DNA from: Proteromonas lacertae
Lineage: Eukaryota
Assembly (NCBI GenBank): GCA_002245135.1
Contig: NGBS01000587.1
Location: 62,001 to 126,000, forward strand
Direction of reading: 5' to 3'
Length of the DNA: 64,000 nt
Position numbers and translations under genes: made by a program. Below, piece by piece: positions 55,801-64,000 of this stretch. Positions within the stretch are counted from its first letter, which is position 1, and each line of letters begins with the position of its first letter. Under the pieces are notes generated by a model. That model saw only the letters and a list, made by a program, of their open reading frames with translations. It was not told the origin of the DNA and did not search any database.

Positions 55801-58800
55801 CAAATGATGATTTAGACTTTGTTGATTCTTATTTAGTTGTTGTTTATCCAAAGAATTATACACAAGATTATCCACATGGTTTAAATAGAAAGATATTATT
55901 GAGAACAGATGAATCGAAACAAACATTTACTATAACTGTTGGTGGATACACAACTTATAGATTAAATTCAACTTGTTCTGCTGATGAAATAGTAAATGCA
56001 TTACAAGGATTATTATCTGTTATAAATGTTAATGTTAAACTATATGATAGTGATAGTAATAATGATGAATCAACAACTGCTGAAGATGATATTACATCAA
56101 CCTCATTATCAGATGAAAGAGTGTTTGAAATTGAATTTATTAATGATTTTAATGATTATGAAATAACTGTTGTGAATTGTACATTTGAGACAATAGTTAA
56201 TGGAAGTGCTCCAATTGATTATAAGACTTATAAAACAAATACAACTACACAGTTCATAATAGAAGATTTAATATTTGGTCAAGAATATTTCGTTTCAATC
56301 CATTCACATAATAATTTAGGTTATGGCGAACATTCAGAATATTTAATTGTTAAATCAAAAGAAGTACCATTAGAACCAACATTTACATTAGAAAACTATA
56401 ATTCAACAACAATAAAGTTGTTATATGATTAGCAACGCTGTAGATAATGGAAGTCCATTAACAAATTACATAATTACATATAATAATAAAGATGAAGCAT
56501 TTAATGAAGAAGATAATATTGTGATTAATAAAGAAATTAATTATTATATTCAAACACTTACAATTGATGCAGCTAGAGATGGTTTAAATGGAAGTTTCTT
56601 TTTATATTATGGTGATGATTGTAAAGGTGATTATAATTATGATTCACCATTGTGTTATGATTGTATTAATGGTAATATTGATGAAAGTGTTATAACAATT
56701 AATAATAATAATAATAATGGTTTAACTTTATATCCAACTGAATTTGTTCAAATTAATGGTAAAGAATATAGAATTTGTGCAAAATCATTACAGAAAAATG
56801 AAAATACTAATAAAGAATATAGTATTTGTGAAATTGATGATATATTAAAACCACTTAATTTGACTGAGAATATAACAAGTGGATATATCTTAAGATTAAG
56901 ATCATTTGTAAATGAAGTAACAATACATTCTGAATCAAATGAGATTGAAATAATTAAACCAGAAAATAATACATATGAATTATATACAAATGATTATATA
57001 GCCTTAGCTGATCCAACATTACCAGAATATCAATACACAATTGTATCAGAGATAAAAGGAAGGAATGGTAGAATAAAGTTAAGTCAATTGAATTCTCATA
57101 CAATAGATATTGATCCAGAAATATATGGAGATAAAATACCATTATATTTAAAGCCAAGATCAAAGAAATTAGATATAAATATAATCAATGATATGATAGT
57201 GAAAAAAGCATTAGAATTTATCGATATTGTTGGAACAATTGATGTAAGCCAAGAGAATAAAGGAAATGGATATTTATGGAGAATTACACATATAGAAAGT
57301 CCATCAAAACCAAAACCATTATATATTAATCCATTAGATTTGAATAACGGTAAAGGTGATGAAGTATCAATAGAATTATATCCATCTGAAGAAATGTTAA
57401 TAACTGATTTAGAAACAAATAGTATAGTTTATGTGAAGTTATCTGCTTGTAATGCAGTGGGTTGTTCTAGTGAAGTAGATTCTTCAATAGTAGTAATGAC
57501 AATCTTAGCTAAACCACCAATTCATGGTAGAATAACACCAATACAAGATAAGTCAATTCACTTAGAATTTGAACCATCTGATAATGATGGAGGAAATGAT
57601 TTATATTATTATATTGTAGAATGTAGTGCAAATGAAAACTATGAAAATAGTAGTAGAATATACAAATATCCAAGTGAATATAATCCAATCAAACAGATAG
57701 ATAATGTTATTCTCTCAACTAAAAATTTAATAAAAGGTACATTTAGATTATCATATTCATCACAAATAACAAGACCATTATCTTGGCATGCTTCAAGTTT
57801 AGATGTTAAAAGTGCATTAGAAGAGTTATGTAATGTAGAAGAAGTTGATGTAATAAGACATAAACTAACAAATGGTTATTTATGGTCAATTACTTATGTA
57901 AATATGAAATATCAAGGAGATTTAAGAAAGTAATTTGAAAGTATATCAATTAGGTTTGTTATATGAAGATAATATGAAAGTAAATGAAGATGTAATGACA
58001 GTTAGAACAGTTAGAACAGGTGTATTACCATTTGATTATTTATATAAGTTTGAATCTTATGAAGAATATCCAACTATCTATTGTAGATTAACATCATACA
58101 GTGGTGAACATACAGGTGAAGAAGCTGTAGTGTATTATGATTATAAAGAAGAATTAGAATATGCACCAGTAGCAATAGAATATACATATTCATACCCAAA
58201 TGCTACAACAATCACTATTGAATGGGAAAAATCAGATTTTGATGATGTTGATAGTTATTTTATAGAATATGATTTATATCCAACATTTATGATGAAATGT
58301 ATAAATGGTAAAAACTGTTTACCAACTGATTTAATATCCTTAGATAGAATTGTATTAGGAAGTAATGTTACTAAATATGAAATACCTTACTTATATCCAG
58401 GTAAACAGTATTATGTCAGATTATATTCAAATTCAACTGAAACAGGAAGTGTAAGTAGTTATTACACTAATCAAACACCATTAATTCCACATGAGAATCC
58501 AGAAGCTCCATATGGTGATATTCATTCAATAACATCCAATTCTGCATTAGTTGATATGACAATATTAAATACTTCAGTTCCAACTGGTTCAAATGGTTAT
58601 CATATTAATCATACTACTTTGTATTATCAAAATAGAGAAGTAACAGTATATGTGATAGAAATGAAGAGTAGTGAAATGAATAATACGTTTAGATTGAAAT
58701 ATTCTAATAAAATATCCAACTGTATTGTTGCTAATGATAGTTTAATAATGAAGAATGAAATCAGTTTATTAGTTGGCATTGAAAATGTAAATGTAATAGT

Positions 58801-61800
58801 TATTGAAGAAGAAAATGAAGAAGAAATGGTGAAATATCAAATATCAATTGATGGATTATTATCAACTGAAATTGAAATTGAATTTACAGAATGTGAAAAT
58901 GTAATAGAAAATATTGAATCAATTTCAATTAGAAATATGAATAAAGGACAAGATGTATTATCATTAACAATAGTTCAATTTTATGTTGATAATATATATG
59001 AAAATATCAAATACAACTTCAATGATTATTCATTCACTATTGGTGTTGATTTTGAAGGAAGTTACATGTTATCAAATATTACAGTTTCAGGTGAAAAATA
59101 TACAAACATTTTATATTATGATGAAGATAATAGTGATGATGATTGGGTTTTATTTGTTAATGAAAAGATACAAGTAGATGGAGTAGAATATATAGTATTG
59201 AAAGTAGAAGATGAAAGAATAATCATCAATAATTATTTAACTAGAAATATCAATGGTAGTGATTTATATCGAAAAGATAATTTGTTAGGAGAAATAACAA
59301 AATGTTCTGTAGAAGAAGGAAGAGATTATGTTGTTATTGAATATGAATCAGGAACAGTAAATTCAACAAAAAAGTCAGGTCATTATATGATCAATAACAA
59401 TGTTGTTTCTTATAATAATTATACACAAATTCAAGTTAAAGATTGTGAAAGTATTGCTGGATTGGTTTATGTTGAAAAACAATCAAAACCAATTCCATAT
59501 TGTAGTGATATTGAATATTTCAAAAATGAATTAGAATCATTAAATGGAATAGGAAAAGTAGAAGTTAATAGATATGGACCTGTTAATACAGAATGTAGTT
59601 ATTTAGTTACATTTAAATCAATAATAGAAATACCATCATTTAGAATATATTCATTGAAAGAAGATAATCCAATGACTTCTACAATATTAGAACAATCAAA
59701 TGAAAACGATATTACATATGATAAAGTTAAAGAGTTGAGTGTTGCAGTAAATGAATCACAACAATTAATAGTGGAATCTGTAGATGAAAATAGTATGATT
59801 GAACTAATATACAATGGATTATCTGTTAAAGTTCATTTCCCATTCTCTGATGCAGATTTGAAGTCATATTTATATGAATTATTCCCTGTTAGTAATATTG
59901 ATGTATCTTATAAATTGAATAATGATAATAATAAAGGAATATATACAATCACTTATAATAACAATTTTATTTTTTTTAATAATAATTTGAAATGTAAATC
60001 ATTAGATGAGAATGTTAAATGTGAAGTATCTGTAATTTATCATGGCGATTTGCCTGAATCACAATCATTATTTGAAGCTGGTGAATATGATAAAGAATTT
60101 TATGTTAAAGCATCAGTGACTAATCTTGATAATCAAGAGAATGATGAAATATTAACAAAAACAAATGTTTTACCAATGATGTATGAATATGGTTCAAAAC
60201 CAAAACAACTCTCTAAATTAGATGTAAATATATTGAATGCAAGACAATTAGAAGTAATATACGAAGATAATAATAATGAAAATAATAATGTTGATCAATA
60301 TAAATTGGAATGGTATACTGAAGAAAATTTACAAACTTCAACAATAGAAATATTAATAGAAAAAGGTGAAAATTCTGCATTTTTGTATGGTCAAATCCAG
60401 TTTAAATATTTCACTACAACTTATAAAATATCTATTGATTCTAATGAAACTGTAATAGCCAATGCAATAATGTCAATACCAGATATTTCACATGTTTATG
60501 TTTATATTAGACCAAGTTATAATAATGAGAGTTATAATTGGTTTATAGAGTTTGATTCTGATTTGACAATTAATTTGTATGATTTTGATATATTATATGA
60601 TGAAGAAGTGTTGAAAGTGACAGTATTAAGAAGTAATGGTCATATAGAGAATTATGATTTTAAATATATAACAGCAACTAGTGAATATTGTCCATTATAC
60701 ACAGATTTAGATAGAACTGATTTAATTTGTCAAGATAATTTCAATTATTTCATGATATATGTTAATTATAAAGATACAGGAGTAATAGAAGGTAGTTTTG
60801 ATTTGATTTATAACAATATAAAGATTGAGAAAATATCACTAAATGAAGTAAGTTATAATATTGAAGAGTTGTTATTAAAGAATTATGATTTAGTTACTAA
60901 AGTTACAATACATAATGATGATGTAAAGAATGTTAAGACTTTCTTAATTATAATTTATTCAACAGAAAAATTAGAAAGATTCTATATAGAATCCAAGAAT
61001 ACAAAAGCATTAGTTTCAATTTCATCAACCTTATATTATCAATGTAAATACATTTACAAAAGGAAATAACAGGAGAAATACAATTTGAAATTGAAGGATT
61101 AACAACTAAAGCAGCAGTATATGATGATAATAAAACTAAATTTGAAGATAATGTAGAGAGAGTGTTAAAAGAATTACCAATCATTAAGAATGTATATCCA
61201 ATAATATACAAACCACAAGTAATATTACCAGGTAAATGGAGGTTATTTATTAAAAATGAAAAGAGTGAAGTTTATAATTTATATACATCCAATTATCTTG
61301 ATTCAATAAAGAAGGATATGAAAATCATTATTGATAATACTGTATTTGTAGTAGAAAATGTAAATTCAACATTATCATACTATGAAGTAAGATTATTGAA
61401 GGAAAAGAATAATAATATTAAATATAGAGATATTAAAGTTATAAATGGAATAAATGTAATTCCATCAATAGAAAAAGAATATGGTTTTACGTTGTATTTG
61501 TTATTCCAAGATAGTAAAGTGCCTTATAAATATGTTAATATCGTTTCATCATTGAATAGTATTGGTACAGAAATCACAGTTTATAGACCAACAGGAACAC
61601 CGAAATATATTAATGTAATAGGTAATAATTATAGAGAATCGACATTTATAGTAATTAGACAAACATCAGATAAATCTTTAAGTGGTTATTATGTAAAGAT
61701 AGTTGATAATGAAAAGAAAGAATTTTGTAGTTCTTTAAGACAAGTGAATCAAGATATGATTGATTATTACAGTGAGAATTACAATATAATATTATCATTT

Positions 61801-64000
61801 GTTACTGATGGTAATACATATTATCAATACGAATTTATACATAGTGATGTTTATACTAACAAACCAATTAGCAATGAAGATGAATTGAAATTATTTACTG
61901 ATAATGAATGTAAAAGTGTTGTTGTTGATAAGAGTGAAGAATATGAGATAGTATATATTCCTAAATCAATTGAAACTGATTATGAATATAACTCTATTTA
62001 TCAATATATATTACCAACATCTTATTATACTGTAAGAATATCAGCTGTAAATAAATATGGAGTTAGTAAACCTATAGAAATTAAGCATATTTATACAGAA
62101 CCAAAATCAGATAGTATTCCAACAATACCAAGATCATTCTATGTAAAACCTGTGTTTAAAGGATTAGAGTTATATTATGATGAACCATTGTATTATGGTG
62201 AAGCAACTGAAATAGATAAATATATAACTCAATGTTCAACCAGTAGAGATTTCTCATCATTTGCATATTATAATGAAATATTGTCACAACATGAAATACA
62301 ACAGATTGACACTAATTTACCATCTGGATCTGTAGTTGATATAACATTTGGAGGAAGAACAGTGAATTGGACATTAGGCGGTGAAGAAACAGGTTATAAA
62401 TTGATGAAAATATTAGAAGATCTAACAGGATCAACAGTTTATCAACAATTCCCAATATATATTGATGGTAGATCAAAAGGTGGTATTTATAAATATACAA
62501 TTACATTTAACTATACATGTGATAGTATTGAATTATTAAAAGTGAGAAGTAATGGTTAGACCATTAGAAGTTAGTCAATATTTAAGAGTGACAAGAATTC
62601 AGAGAGGAAAGTGTAATTTATCTCCATTTGAATTAACCAATGAAATTCAAACTTTAAAATTGACAATTAATAATGATGATGAATTTAAATTAACATTTGA
62701 TGATTCAGATAAAACAGAAGTTATAAGATATGAAGGAAAAGATTTAACAGATAAATTACAAACAGCATTAGAATCATTTACATCAAGAATATCAAGAGTA
62801 AAAGTGAATAAAGTATCAAATGAAGATAATTTATATGAAATTACATTTACTTCCATTGTTGGTCATTTACCATTAATACATGTAGTTAATAATAATAATG
62901 TGAAATCAGAGAGTTATTACAAAGTAAGAGGTTTACAGAATAAAGATTATAGATTATATCCATTAGATTATAATACAACATATTATTGTAGAGTAAGAAC
63001 ATCATTAAGTGAATATACAAAACCAATTGAATATAGAAAACTAACAAGACCAACTCCACCACAGAATTTAACATTAGAAATATTAGGAATTGATTCAATA
63101 GCAGTGAAAATAATAGATTATGATTTTGAAGATGGATTTAAAGATGTTTTATATTATAGATTAACTTGGTATACACGCAGTGGAACATTTGCTATTCAAT
63201 CAATTCAAGTAGAAGTTCCAATAGTTAGACAATATGAAGAACAAGATGTATATATTTCCAAATCATTAAATTACTTCCAATTATTCTTATTATCTGAAAT
63301 AACTGAAGTATATGAAACAGATGTGAATGTTACAATATTATCGATGAAAATACAAAACGGATTAGAAAAATTTACTTTTATAACAGAATCACAAGTTGAA
63401 TGTAAAGATGAAGAAGCATATATTCATTGTCATGTTAAAATGTTAAGTCATTATGGTGATTTACCAATATTAACAACCTATCCAGATGGAAATAGTATTA
63501 TTTTACCAGATAGAGATGGTTCATCATTTGATTTTGGTGATTTTAGTATTTGTTATTCGGATTTATTCATTGAATGTACAGATTATATTCCATACAATGC
63601 TAGTAATGATGATGTGAAAGAAGCTTTATCATCAATTACTCAGATTGGACCAGTTGATGTGAGTAGATTAGATGAAAGAAATACACAAAGTACAAAATTC
63701 ATTTGGTATATAACATTCTCCAATGAATTTAGAGATGTAAAGCCATTATACATTAAATATGATAAATTCATATTAAGTCAAGATAAATTAACTACAAAGT
63801 TAATGCAAGAATCAAAATGGGAAGAAATGCATCAATCTGAACCAATATATGATATTAGATATACTTACAACATAACAGGTTTAAGTAATAAAGTAACATA
63901 TGTAATTGCTCAATCATACAATGATCAAGGATATAGTGAATATATTCGAAGTAGTCCAGTATCAATTATACCATGTGATATACCAGAAGTTCCACAAGAT
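37830..64000 (+). CDS. Giant secreted/surface protein (>8,700 aa, 3'-incomplete) with FN3, filamin/Ig-like, PA14 and a recurrent uncharacterised domain; broken by 14 apparent +1 shifts
   Basis: Signal peptide MMGKILNILVVLCLISFSSA. Many FN3 motifs (W..P..NGG..I..Y...Y..RV.A.N..G). Filamin-like AFGDGLSKARVG..F.IQ. PA14-like segments at about 43130-43550, 46040-46495 and 48385-48872. Consecutive ORFs overlap or abut without GT-AG introns, and the last frame appears open to the window end. Confidence 0.85.

Noticed and set aside
38215..57935. Euplotes-type AAA-TAR stop-dependent frameshift motif
   Set aside because: Junctions do not share AAA-TAR, and several shifts (e.g. near 38860 and 40195) must occur well before the stop.
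38215..62559. Stop-codon reassignment or readthrough as the cause of the split ORFs
   Set aside because: Coding continues in a different frame after each break, and conserved genes end at normal stop codons.

Overview
Very AT-rich, gene-dense eukaryotic nuclear DNA. It uses the standard genetic code and has many very short GT-AG introns, mostly about 25-40 nt. A TPI-GAPDH fusion with a mitochondrial-type presequence, the tiny introns and a TGTTTGTT motif downstream of several genes point to a Blastocystis-related stramenopile. An intact ODA16/DAW1 flagellar gene argues for a flagellated relative such as Proteromonas (inference). The left ~24 kb is mostly minus-strand: pseudokinase, hypothetical gene, SLC12 cotransporter, SLC35A transporter (plus strand), TPI-GAPDH, cyclin B, DAW1, Hsp70 fragment, pseudokinase-LRR, a myristoylated EF-hand/EML5-6-like protein, a CaMK1-like kinase and a possible Csm1-like protein. 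The right part holds a large HECT E3 ligase, a polyprenol reductase and a >26 kb, apparently intronless gene for a giant secreted FN3/filamin/PA14 protein that runs off the window end. Relics of the pseudokinase-LRR family lie in several intergenic gaps. Many genes are broken by single extra bases, almost all giving +1 shifts. These are most likely long-read consensus errors, but recoding is not excluded. No rRNA, tRNA, CRISPR array or transposon was recognised.
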